Source: Dehalococcoidia bacterium (GTDB lineage: Bacteria > Chloroflexota > Dehalococcoidia > Lucifugimonadales > UBA3495). Taken from it: DNA of 64,000 bases. Position numbers and translations under genes: made by a program. The notes beneath the pieces were generated by a model. That model was not told the DNA's origin and did not search any database. It saw only the letters and a program-made list of their open reading frames with translations. Location: contig JAJDTP010000006.1 of NCBI GenBank assembly GCA_022827095.1, forward strand, positions 19,514 to 83,513. Reading direction: 5' to 3'. This document shows, piece after piece, positions 31,797 through 40,328 of the stretch. The number at the start of each line of letters is the position of its first letter. Within the stretch, counting starts at the first letter, position 1.

Positions 31797-33161
31797 ATGC
31801 CGGTGTTCCTCCACTGGTGCCTTGCTGTCGCGGCGGTAGTTGTGCTGCTGGTCGCGGTGGCGTGCGCGGCAAATCCGCGTGACAACGCGAATAATGAAGC
31901 TCCTATGCATATCAACCGCATTGCATACATCGACAACGACGGCCAACTGGTAACCTCTGATCCTGACGGTTCGGGACGCAGCCTGCTGACGACCGGCGCG
32001 GTTGCTCGCGCTGGCGGCATCCTGGCCCAGCCCCAGCGCCGTGAGGCCATGTACAGCTGGCCCGTGTGGTCTCCGGATGCGTCCCGTATCGCCGTTTCTC
32101 TCCTGCGGGGCGAATCTCCCAGCGACGCTCAGATCAGCCTGCACACGCTGGAATCTTCCACCGGCGTCGGCGGAGCGGCCTTTGTGAACGAGGCTCCGCT
32201 GACCATCGCGGAGGGTACCCCTCACTATGTCCAATGGTCTCCCGACGGGCAAAAATTGGGAATCACGGCGGCAACCCCGGAGGGGCTGACCCTGTTCCTC
32301 GTGGATGCCACCGCCGCACCCCAGTCCGGGCCGCCCCGCGAACCATTGGCGGTGCAACGTGGCGCGCCGCTGTATTTCGACTGGGCTCCCGACAGCGCTT
32401 CGCTGGCGGTGCACAGCAACGAGGACGTGCTGCTGGTTCGGCCGGACTACGACGCCCGGCAGTTCAGTGTCCAGCCATTGGCCCAATCACGTTCGTTCCG
32501 GACGCCGGCCTGGTCTCCCGACGGCAGCCGGCTGGCCTGGTCCGCCCCTGGGGGAGATAGCGAAGCGCTGTGGGTGGGACGACCAGACCAAGCCGATGAC
32601 GCCGCCCTCAGGCTGGCGGAAGTCGAAGGCGCGTGCGCGTTCCTGTGGTCGGCCAATGGCGACGTTATCGCCGTGGCGGATCGGCAGATCGCCGGTTCAC
32701 CTGCCTACCGCCGTCTGCGCCTGTTGGCCGTCGACGGCAGCGTCGAGCGGACCGTCAAGGAGGACGATTGGGTTCTCGGATTCTTTTGGGAGCCCCGGGG
32801 AGATCGCCTGGCCTGGGTGGCCCTGAACCCTGAAGAGCGCACCATGGAGTGGAGAATCGCGGAGGGTTTGACCTCGGATGACGCCGGCGACGAGACCGAT
32901 GCCGCTCTCGGTGGGTTCCGATTCTCGCCCAGCGGGGAAACGTTCCTGATGCTGGCGTTCTTCGACCAGTACGCCCGGAGCCACTCGCCGTGGGCTCCGG
33001 ACGGATCGGCCCTGGTCGTAACCGGAACGCAACAGTACTTGTCCGAGCGGCGCAATGGCAGCAGCGGTGGCGGCTCCCGCGTGTACGTCGTGGAAACCGG
33101 CGGCGGCGGGCAACTGCACGACATCGCCAACGGCAGCATGGCAGTTTGGTCATCCCAATAG
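31797..33161 (+). CDS. TolB-like beta-propeller lipoprotein (PD40-type repeats)
   Basis: Hydrophobic leader ending LVAVAC. Repeated PxWSPDG-type motifs (PVWSPDA, VQWSPDG, FDWAPDS, PAWSPDG, SPWAPDG). Start uncertain (31689-31797). Confidence 0.78.
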   Translation: MPVFLHWCLAVAAVVVLLVAVACAANPRDNANNEAPMHINRIAYIDNDGQLVTSDPDGSGRSLLTTGAVARAGGILAQPQRREAMYSWPVWSPDASRIAVSLLRGESPSDAQISLHTLESSTGVGGAAFVNEAPLTIAEGTPHYVQWSPDGQKLGITAATPEGLTLFLVDATAAPQSGPPREPLAVQRGAPLYFDWAPDSASLAVHSNEDVLLVRPDYDARQFSVQPLAQSRSFRTPAWSPDGSRLAWSAPGGDSEALWVGRPDQADDAALRLAEVEGACAFLWSANGDVIAVADRQIAGSPAYRRLRLLAVDGSVERTVKEDDWVLGFFWEPRGDRLAWVALNPEERTMEWRIAEGLTSDDAGDETDAALGGFRFSPSGETFLMLAFFDQYARSHSPWAPDGSALVVTGTQQYLSERRNGSSGGGSRVYVVETGGGGQLHDIANGSMAVWSSQ

Positions 33162-33197
33162 GCCGGCTCAGACGTATCCACTTCAGGACAGCGAAAA

Positions 33198-33297
33198 GTC
33201 AGAAGCAGCAGGATTATCAGGATTGAATTCGTACCATCCAAAGTACCTGTGTCCTGCCCATCGCGCCAATTCGGTGCATTCTCAGATTCTGGCGACG
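33198..33297. repeat. Degenerate copy of the CAGGAT inverted-repeat element
   Basis: GTCAGAA...GGATTATCAGGATTG matches the reverse complement of the right arm at 2607-2650. Ends in GATTCTGGC. Confidence 0.55.
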
Positions 33298-33362
33298 ATG
33301 ATGTAAAAATTATCCCGGGGGTACAAATACAAATGTTGCGTGCGAACGCCATTCGCTTAATC

Positions 33363-34202
33363 ATGGAACGCCGTTGGCATTGGTGGGGCATTACGATTGC
33401 GTTGTGCGTCGGTCTGCTGGCGGCGGCGTGCGGCGGCTCTGACCCTCCGGCCGCTGCGTCAGAACCGGCCGCCGCTCCCGCTGCCCAGCCGGCTGCCGGA
33501 CAGCCAACGCCCACCCCCACACCGCCGCCGGATCCGGCGGCCCTGCTGGTGGAGACGGCCGAGAACCTCCGGCAGGCGCAGTCTTTCAACTTTGTGGTCG
33601 AGCACGAAGCCGGCAGCATCTACGTGAGTACGGTTCAGGCCAAGGCCACTGTTGCCAAAGGCGGCTGGAACGCCGAGCAGGGCGCGCAAATGACCGTTGA
33701 CGCCTACCTCGTTTCCGGCCCCGATGCCCCTACTGAGGACGGCACCTACGTCGAACTGCGCATGGCGGTAACTCCCGACAGCTATTTCCTTACCGACCCC
33801 CTGTCCGGCTACTGGACCAAGCGCCCCTTTTCCAGCATTTCCATCCCCATCACGGAGCTGAACGACATTGTCGCTGTTGCCGCCGACTCTATCGACAACC
33901 CCGTCCTCGCCGGGGAGGAAGAAATCGACGGCAAAAGCGCCTACAAGATTACCGGCGACGCTCCGGCGACCGTAATGGACTGGTTGCTGCTTTTCCCAGT
34001 GGAAGGCCAGCGGGTAGATGTGGAAGTCTGGACGGATACCGAGGAGAAAATTCTTCGCCAAGCCCGCATCATAGGCCCCATCGGGGAATTCGACGACGCC
34101 GATACCGTGCGTAAAGTAACGGTGAGCGACTACAATGCCACCGTTGAGATTGAAATCCCCGGGCCCGACGACTATCTTGACCTCTCCAATATCCAGCAGT
34201 AA
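33363..34202 (+). CDS. LppX/LprAFG-family (LolA-like fold) lipoprotein
   Basis: Lipobox LLAAAC-GG, a Pro/Ala linker, then a beta-rich domain with YFLTDPLSGYW, GEEEIDGKSAYKITG, VEVWTD and VTVSDYNATVEIEIP, the typical pattern for this family. Confidence 0.72.
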   Translation: MERRWHWWGITIALCVGLLAAACGGSDPPAAASEPAAAPAAQPAAGQPTPTPTPPPDPAALLVETAENLRQAQSFNFVVEHEAGSIYVSTVQAKATVAKGGWNAEQGAQMTVDAYLVSGPDAPTEDGTYVELRMAVTPDSYFLTDPLSGYWTKRPFSSISIPITELNDIVAVAADSIDNPVLAGEEEIDGKSAYKITGDAPATVMDWLLLFPVEGQRVDVEVWTDTEEKILRQARIIGPIGEFDDADTVRKVTVSDYNATVEIEIPGPDDYLDLSNIQQ

Positions 34203-34244
34203 CCGGCGACCCTTTCCCACTCCCGCCGTCCCTGTACCGTACCT

Positions 34245-35804
34245 ATGTTAAGCCGACTGCAACGGCACGGGCTCCCTCCCTGGGTGATGGTAGCGGCCAT
34301 CGCCACCGGCACCTTTATCACCGCCCTGGACCAGACGGTCGTGGTAACGGCGCTGCCGGCGGTAATGGCTGATTTGAAAATCCAGCTGGCCCGGTTGGAG
34401 GCGGTCATCTGGGTGGTGACCGCCTACCTGCTGGGCTACACCGTGGCGATGCCGTTGCTGGGCCGGTTGGCCGACGTTTATGGCTATACCCGCATCTACC
34501 AGTACTCCCTTCTGGTTTTCTGTGTCGGAACAACTCTGGTCGCCCTGTCCGGGGAATGGGGTTGGCTGAACGACCAGATTGACCCGCTGGACCAGATAGT
34601 CATTGCGCGGGTGGTGCAGGCCATCGGTGGGGGCGGCACGGTGCCCATCAGCCTGGCCATCGCGGCGGCGCTGGTCTCGCCGGAGAAACGGGGGCTGGCC
34701 CTGGGCATCGTCGCCGGCGCCGCCGAGGCGGGCAGTATGCTGGGGCCGGCCTACGGCGGCGCCATCATCGAAATCTGGAGCTGGCGAGGCATATTCTGGC
34801 TCAACGTGCCCCAGGCCGCCATTATTGCCGCAGCCCTGCTGTTCCTGCCCAACCAGCGGTTCGCCGACGCCCGCATGGATTACCGCGGCGCAATCGTGCT
34901 CACGATTGCCCTGGTGCTGCTCTCCCTGGCGGTAGCCCACGAGGGCCTGTTCCGGCTGTCGTCCTGGACGCCTTACTGGTTGCTGGTGGGCTTTTTGGTC
35001 AGCACAGGAGCGTTGGTGCTGCTGCAACGGCGGACGGTGCAGCCGCTGTTGTCCGGCGCCCTGTTCCGGGCCTGGGCTTTCGTGATGGCCAACATCGCCC
35101 AGTTGCTGGTGGGGATTGCCCTCATAGTCGCCATGGCTGCCATGGTGATTATGGCCAACACGGTGATGGACGTGCCGGAGCGTCCGGTGGACTCGCTGAC
35201 CGCGGCGCTGTGGCTACTGCGGATGACGGGGACGATCCCGATATTCTCCGTGGTCGGCGGCCTGCTGCTGCGCTGGATTGACGCTCGCTGGGTCACCGTA
35301 CCGGGGCTGGCGCTGATTGCCATCGGAATGTTCCAGGTGGGCGGCTGGCCACTGCTGGGACTGCCCGGCTGGCCAGTGGGAATCAGCGACCCGAAGCTGA
35401 CCATTGACATGGTAATCGCCGGCGTCGGGTTCGGCCTGGTCATCGCCCCGCTGATGCACCGGGCGATCCTGTCGGCCCCGTTGGATTACCGGGCGGTATC
35501 GGCGTCAATGATCGTGGTGGCGCGGATGCTGGGGATGACGCTGGGAATGGCCGCATTGTCGGCATGGGGTGTCAACGAACTGCTGACCATCTTTGACGAA
35601 ACGGTGGCCCTGCCGTCCGCCGAGCGGCGGGAAGTGATCAGTCACGCCAGCCTGGACCTGTTCCACAGCTTCTTCCGCGCCGCCGGCATCATCGCCATCC
35701 TGGCCATCGTCCCGGCAACGCTGATGCGCGCCAGCCCGATGGAACGGGCGGAGCTGACCGGAACAACCCCCGCCGCGGAAATGGCCGCGGGCGACGGGTC
35801 GTAG
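34245..35804 (+). CDS. 14-TM MFS transporter resembling mycobacterial P55/Rv1410c
   Basis: ALDQTVVVT, WVVTAYLLGYTVAMPLLGRLAD, EAGSMLGPAYG, WRGIFWLNVP, AGVGFGLVIAPL and VVARMLGMTLGMAALSAWG. Confidence 0.85.
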   Translation: MLSRLQRHGLPPWVMVAAIATGTFITALDQTVVVTALPAVMADLKIQLARLEAVIWVVTAYLLGYTVAMPLLGRLADVYGYTRIYQYSLLVFCVGTTLVALSGEWGWLNDQIDPLDQIVIARVVQAIGGGGTVPISLAIAAALVSPEKRGLALGIVAGAAEAGSMLGPAYGGAIIEIWSWRGIFWLNVPQAAIIAAALLFLPNQRFADARMDYRGAIVLTIALVLLSLAVAHEGLFRLSSWTPYWLLVGFLVSTGALVLLQRRTVQPLLSGALFRAWAFVMANIAQLLVGIALIVAMAAMVIMANTVMDVPERPVDSLTAALWLLRMTGTIPIFSVVGGLLLRWIDARWVTVPGLALIAIGMFQVGGWPLLGLPGWPVGISDPKLTIDMVIAGVGFGLVIAPLMHRAILSAPLDYRAVSASMIVVARMLGMTLGMAALSAWGVNELLTIFDETVALPSAERREVISHASLDLFHSFFRAAGIIAILAIVPATLMRASPMERAELTGTTPAAEMAAGDGS

Positions 35805-35869
35805 CCCCGCGAGTACACCTGCGCCCCAGACTGCCCGCATTGCACCTGACCCAACAGGAGGTGACCAAC

Positions 35870-36664
35870 ATGATCCGAATGGGCGCAACAGGTTCCCCGG
35901 CACACCTCGACCTTTGCCGCGCGCTGGAAACGGTGTTCCGCCGCAACGGCGTTGAGTTCGATTGGGTGCTCTATTCCGGCTACGACGAGATGGTGGACGC
36001 CTTTACGCGCGGGGAAATTAACCTGGCGTGGAACGGCCCGCTGTCTCACGTCAAGATGCGCCGCGCCCTGCCTGATGGAGCGCCCGTGCTGGCTGTGCGC
36101 GATGTCGACATCGGTTTCACCACCAGGTTTATCACCCGCGCCGATTCCTCGATTGACACCGTGGAAGACCTGCCCGGTACTCGCTTCGCTTTCGCCGCCC
36201 GGGACTCGGTCGAAGCCGGTCTCCTGCCCGTCTATTTCCTCAAGCAGATGGGCATCCATCCGAACCGCGCGCTGGCATCCGCCGATTTCTATGACCAGCG
36301 CGACCAGCAGCACAGTTCCGACCAGGTTGACGTGGCCCTCCAGGTCTTGAACCGTGCTTACGACGCGGGAGCCATCAGTGCCCGGTCATTTGAAACCCTG
36401 AGCGAGCGGCATGGCATCAACACCGACGAACTGAAAGTGTTCTGGAGCAGCCCCGGCTACAGCCACTGCTGTTTCACCGCCCGACCCGAAGTGGATCCTG
36501 CTGAGGCCGCTCAGGTGACGGCGGCGTTGGTGTCGGTGGACGATAGCGACGAGGTCGGGCGGGCGGTGCTCAAGGCCGAAGCCTGCGACCGGATAATGCC
36601 CGGTATCGAAGACGGATGGGACCTGGTCGAGGCGGCAGCGTTACAGGAAGGGCTGATCTGGTAA
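35870..36664 (+). CDS. PhnD/SsuA-type substrate-binding-fold protein without signal peptide
   Basis: LYSGYDEMVDA, INLAWNGPL, DLPGTRFAFAARDS..G.LP, DAGAI and PGYSHCCFT. AGGAGG RBS before ATG 35870. Confidence 0.75.
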   Translation: MIRMGATGSPAHLDLCRALETVFRRNGVEFDWVLYSGYDEMVDAFTRGEINLAWNGPLSHVKMRRALPDGAPVLAVRDVDIGFTTRFITRADSSIDTVEDLPGTRFAFAARDSVEAGLLPVYFLKQMGIHPNRALASADFYDQRDQQHSSDQVDVALQVLNRAYDAGAISARSFETLSERHGINTDELKVFWSSPGYSHCCFTARPEVDPAEAAQVTAALVSVDDSDEVGRAVLKAEACDRIMPGIEDGWDLVEAAALQEGLIW

Positions 36665-36732
36665 CCGTGTTGCCCCGGCTATATCCCTGCGCTATGCTGA
36701 TCGCACGGCACAGTTCAGAGGGGGATGTCGGG

Positions 36733-37095
36733 ATGCAAACTCAAAATCAACTGAAAACCGCTCAGGACTACCTGGACGCTGCCGACCGGGAGTTTGAGAA
36801 CGGCGACGCGCTGGCGGCTACTGAAAACCTGCGGGCGGCAATGATCCATGCTCTCAAGACCGTCGCCTCCAAAAAGGGCTGGGATTATGACGGCGATGAC
36901 CTCTACCCGGTGGTGGAGAAAATTGCCAAAATGGATGAGCAGGTCGGCGATATTCTGCTGAGTTCATACGCTGCTGTAGAAGGCTATACCGAGAAGGTTC
37001 ACTATGGCCGTTTCGTCTGGGAGGACGGCGACAGTCATCGTATGCTTCGGGTGGTCCGGGAGTTCGTCAGCGAAGTGCAGCGTCTGACGGAGTGA
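36733..37095 (+). CDS. PaREP1/HEPN-like small helical protein, copy A
   Basis: AQDYLDAADREFENGD..AATENL.AAM.HALK.VA.KKGW...VREFV pattern. Confidence 0.65.
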   Translation: MQTQNQLKTAQDYLDAADREFENGDALAATENLRAAMIHALKTVASKKGWDYDGDDLYPVVEKIAKMDEQVGDILLSSYAAVEGYTEKVHYGRFVWEDGDSHRMLRVVREFVSEVQRLTE

Positions 37096-37099
37096 CCCG

Positions 37100-37486
37100 A
37101 TGACTACTCCAACGTTGCCGCTGCGAGAACACGTTGAGCTAGCGCCTGAATTGCTGGACGAAGCGGATGTTGAGTTTGCCGGCGGTAAAACGCTGAAAGG
37201 GGCGGAAATGCTATGGGGCGCGGTCGCTCACGCTTTGATAGCCGTCGCCTTGCGAAACGGATGGCCTTACGATAGTCACGGCGCCCTGAAGAGGGTTGCC
37301 AAGCGACTGCCTAACGTTCCCGGCGCGTGCCATTGGCTCACCGAATTTGACGTTATGGAACGGTTTCACAACCATTTCTACCACGGCCAAATGAGTGACG
37401 GCAGGATAGCCAGATACCGGCCAAGAGCGCGCGGTTTCGTCGCCCGCCTCCTTGCCGTGGCCAACGAACCCCGTTTGAGGAGCTGA
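37100..37486 (+). CDS. PaREP1/HEPN-like small helical protein, copy B
   Basis: ELLDEADVEFAGG...GAEMLWGAVAHALIAVA..NGW..DSH and FHNHFYHG. Confidence 0.72.
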   Translation: MTTPTLPLREHVELAPELLDEADVEFAGGKTLKGAEMLWGAVAHALIAVALRNGWPYDSHGALKRVAKRLPNVPGACHWLTEFDVMERFHNHFYHGQMSDGRIARYRPRARGFVARLLAVANEPRLRS

Positions 37487-37490
37487 CAAC

Positions 37491-38393
37491 TTGGCTGAAA
37501 AAATCGGTTTCATCGGCCTGGGGCGCATGGGCCTGCCCATGTCTTACAACCTGCTGCATGCGGGCTACGACCTGACGGTTCATAACCGTAGCCAGGAGAA
37601 GGTGCGCCAGATTACTGACGCCGGGGCTACGGCCGCGACTTCCACTGTGGAGGTCATGGCCGATTGCGACATCGTGCTGGCCTGCCTGCCCGATGTGGCG
37701 ACCTGCGAGTCGGTCCTCCTCGGAGACGATGGCGCCCTGCCCAACGCTCGTGCCGGGCAGATCATTGTCGACCACAGCACCGTGGGTGCCGCGACCTCGA
37801 AGGCCTGTGCCGAAGCCGCCGAAAAGCGCGGAGCAATGTTCCTCGATGCCCCAATCAGCGGCGGCACCGAGCGTGCCACCGACGGCACCCTGACCATCAT
37901 GGTCGGCGGCCCGGCCGAAGCTTACGCGGCAGCCCAGCCTCTGTTCGATGTTATGGGCGCAGTAGTGCGGCATGTGGGTCCCACGGGCTCCGGCACCGCC
38001 GCCAAGCTGGTTAACCAACTGCTGGTCGGCGTGCACATGGTCGCCGCCGCCGAGGCGATGCTGCTGGGGGCGAAGTCGGGCGCCGACCCGGCGCTGGTTT
38101 TCGAGCTGGTCAATTCGGGGTGGGGTCAGAGCTTCCTTCTGGGACGAAACGCCCCGGCCATGCTTGACCGTGACTTCGAAGGGATCCGCACTCAACTGCG
38201 GGTGTTCCTCAAGGACCTGGGGCTCATCCAGGAGATGGCCCGCGACCTGGAGACACCGATCGCCGCCGGTGATCTGGCCTACCGTCTGCTGTCAGAAGCG
38301 GTTGAGCAGGGACTGGGAGACCTGGATAGCGCGGCCATCGTATTGCCGATGGAAAAGGAAGCCGGGTTCCAGGTACGGCGGAAAGACGCCTGA
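37491..38393 (+). CDS. NAD(P)-dependent beta-hydroxyacid dehydrogenase (3-hydroxyisobutyrate/tartronate semialdehyde reductase family)
   Basis: IGFIGLGRMG, DHST, FLDAPISGG, GTLTIMVGG, KLVNQ and KDL. Confidence 0.9.
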   Translation: MAEKIGFIGLGRMGLPMSYNLLHAGYDLTVHNRSQEKVRQITDAGATAATSTVEVMADCDIVLACLPDVATCESVLLGDDGALPNARAGQIIVDHSTVGAATSKACAEAAEKRGAMFLDAPISGGTERATDGTLTIMVGGPAEAYAAAQPLFDVMGAVVRHVGPTGSGTAAKLVNQLLVGVHMVAAAEAMLLGAKSGADPALVFELVNSGWGQSFLLGRNAPAMLDRDFEGIRTQLRVFLKDLGLIQEMARDLETPIAAGDLAYRLLSEAVEQGLGDLDSAAIVLPMEKEAGFQVRRKDA

Positions 38394-38437
38394 CTTACAT
38401 CGATGCACAGCATTGACAGGATGAATTGGGAGTTCTG

Positions 38438-39352
38438 ATGATGGCAGACGAAATGATCGTCTATTTCAACGGTGAAATGACCCCCGGCAGCCAGGTTGCG
38501 CTGTCAATTTACGACCGCGGCTTCCTGTACGGTGACGCGGTGTTCGACGCGACCCGCACCTTTGGCGGCAAGACCTTCCGGCTGGACCGCCACATCGACC
38601 GCCTTTACAACTCCCTCCGCTACTTGCGCATCGACGTTGGCATGAGCAAGGAGGAGATGACGGACGCCACGGAGGCCGTGGTTGCTCACAATCACCCGAT
38701 GCTTCCGGCCGGCCAGGACATGTGGGTCATGCAGCGGATCAGTCGCGGTGTGGAAGGAGCGGACCGGGCCGGGGGTAATCGACCCACCATCATCATCGAG
38801 AGCCATGCCATACCCTTCGCCGCCCGCGCTCCGCTGTACCGGGACGGCGCCCGCATCAGCACCCCGTCGGTGGCCCGCATCCCTCCCCGGTTCCTCAGTC
38901 CCCGCGCCAAGACCCACAACTACCTCAATCTCATCATGGGCGAGTTGGAGGTGCATGGCGAAGACCCGGACGCGTGGGCCATCCTGCTGGACGAATTCGG
39001 CAACCTCACCGAGGGTCGCGGCAGCAACGTCTTCCTGGTCAAGGACGGCGCGGTGATGACGCCCAAGTCCCAGTACGTGCTGGAAGGTGTAACCCGCAAC
39101 CAGACCCTGGAACTGGCCGACGGTTTGGGTCTCGCTACCGCCGAATGCGACATAGACCTGTACGATGCTTACACCGCCGATGAAGCGTTCCTGACCTCCA
39201 CCAGCCTGTGCATCTGCCCGGTGTCCGCGGTCAACGGTGCCACAGTTGGCGACGGAAGCGTCCCGGGCCCGGTGACCGAGCGCCTGATGACCGCGTTCAG
39301 CGATCTCGTTGGCATGGACTTCGCCGAACAGTACCTGGCGCATTTGGGGTAA
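38438..39352 (+). CDS. PLP-dependent aminotransferase class IV (branched-chain/D-amino acid type)
   Basis: DRGFLYGDAVFD, HIDRL, AKTHNYL (PLP Lys), EGRGSNVF, LEGVTR and ADEAFLTST. Confidence 0.9.
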   Translation: MMADEMIVYFNGEMTPGSQVALSIYDRGFLYGDAVFDATRTFGGKTFRLDRHIDRLYNSLRYLRIDVGMSKEEMTDATEAVVAHNHPMLPAGQDMWVMQRISRGVEGADRAGGNRPTIIIESHAIPFAARAPLYRDGARISTPSVARIPPRFLSPRAKTHNYLNLIMGELEVHGEDPDAWAILLDEFGNLTEGRGSNVFLVKDGAVMTPKSQYVLEGVTRNQTLELADGLGLATAECDIDLYDAYTADEAFLTSTSLCICPVSAVNGATVGDGSVPGPVTERLMTAFSDLVGMDFAEQYLAHLG

Positions 39353-40189
39353 TCTGTGCATTCTGGTACAAACCGACCCTGCCTGTCCTGTGTCGGCTGG
39401 GAGGCATCATGACTAGCAGATTTACCGCCACCCCGGCGCCGGCGACGCCTCCGGCCATCGCCAAGTTCCCTGAGTTTCCGCCCCGTGCCGACATGATGAA
39501 CAGCCGTCATCTTCACGACCAGGGACACCAGCCCGCTCTGCGCCGGCATCTGGGCAACCCGGACACTACTCTGGTGCTGAGCGAAGTTCCCGTATCCTGG
39601 GATGTGCCCCGGAGCCGGGCCGGCGTGAGGATTCCCGACCTGATCATCGCTTTCAATGTTCGGCGCGCCCATATCTTGGCCCAGGACGGTTACGCCATCA
39701 ATGAACAGGGCAAGCCGCCCGATTTCGTGCTGGAAATCGCTTCGGACACCACCGCCGCCAACGATGAAAACGCCAAGTGGTTTGATTACGCCAACTTCGG
39801 GGTGACCGAGTGCTGGCTTTTCGACCCGGACTGGGGCAAACGCTACGCCGCTGGGCTGATTGGCTGGACGCTGGTCAACGGGCGCTATGAGCCTATTTCC
39901 ATACACCGGCACGCGGCGGATATGTACTATGGCGACAGCCGGGTTCTGGGGTTGCAGGTATGCTGGGAACATGGGCAACTCCGCTGGTATGACCCGGCGG
40001 GCCAACGTTACCTGGACACCTTCGATAGCCTGGCCGACGAGAGGGACGCCGCCGTGGCCGAGGCACAACGGCTGCGGCATGAAATCGAGCGGCTGCGGGA
40101 GGACCGGGAGTAGCAAAGCGTCGAAGCAGGCGATGGAGCGGAGGATGGCGGCGTTCAGCGGTCTCGTCGGCATGGACTTCGCCGAACAG
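39293..40189 (+). repeat. Direct repeat of the aminotransferase 3' end flanking the Uma2 gene (39293-39331 and 40151-40189)
   Basis: GCGTTCAGCGRTCTCGTYGGCATGGACTTCGCCGAACAG is 37/39 identical between copies, with weaker similarity extending on both sides. Confidence 0.9.
39409..40113 (+). CDS. Uma2-family (DUF820) PD-(D/E)xK endonuclease-like protein
   Basis: IPDLIIAF, GKPPDFVLEIAS, K..DYA..GVTECWLFDP, LRWYDP and a coiled-coil tail. GGAGG RBS. Confidence 0.85.
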   Translation: MTSRFTATPAPATPPAIAKFPEFPPRADMMNSRHLHDQGHQPALRRHLGNPDTTLVLSEVPVSWDVPRSRAGVRIPDLIIAFNVRRAHILAQDGYAINEQGKPPDFVLEIASDTTAANDENAKWFDYANFGVTECWLFDPDWGKRYAAGLIGWTLVNGRYEPISIHRHAADMYYGDSRVLGLQVCWEHGQLRWYDPAGQRYLDTFDSLADERDAAVAEAQRLRHEIERLREDRE

Positions 40190-40219
40190 CACTGGGATCA
40201 CCTGACCCAAATAATTCTG

Positions 40220-40302
40220 CACGGATGAGCAAGATATGCGGGATGGTATTTGATTTACGATACATCAACCAAATCCCGTCCATCCTGTATATCCATGCTA
40301 AC
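40220..40302. repeat. CAGGAT-type imperfect inverted repeat
   Basis: Right arm ATCCCGTCCATCCTGTATATCCATG is the reverse complement of a CATGGATATACAGGATGGACGGGAT unit resembling 27274-27303. Left arm is degenerate. Confidence 0.65.
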
Positions 40303-40328
40303 GCTCCCCTCTCCAAAGGAGGCACAAT

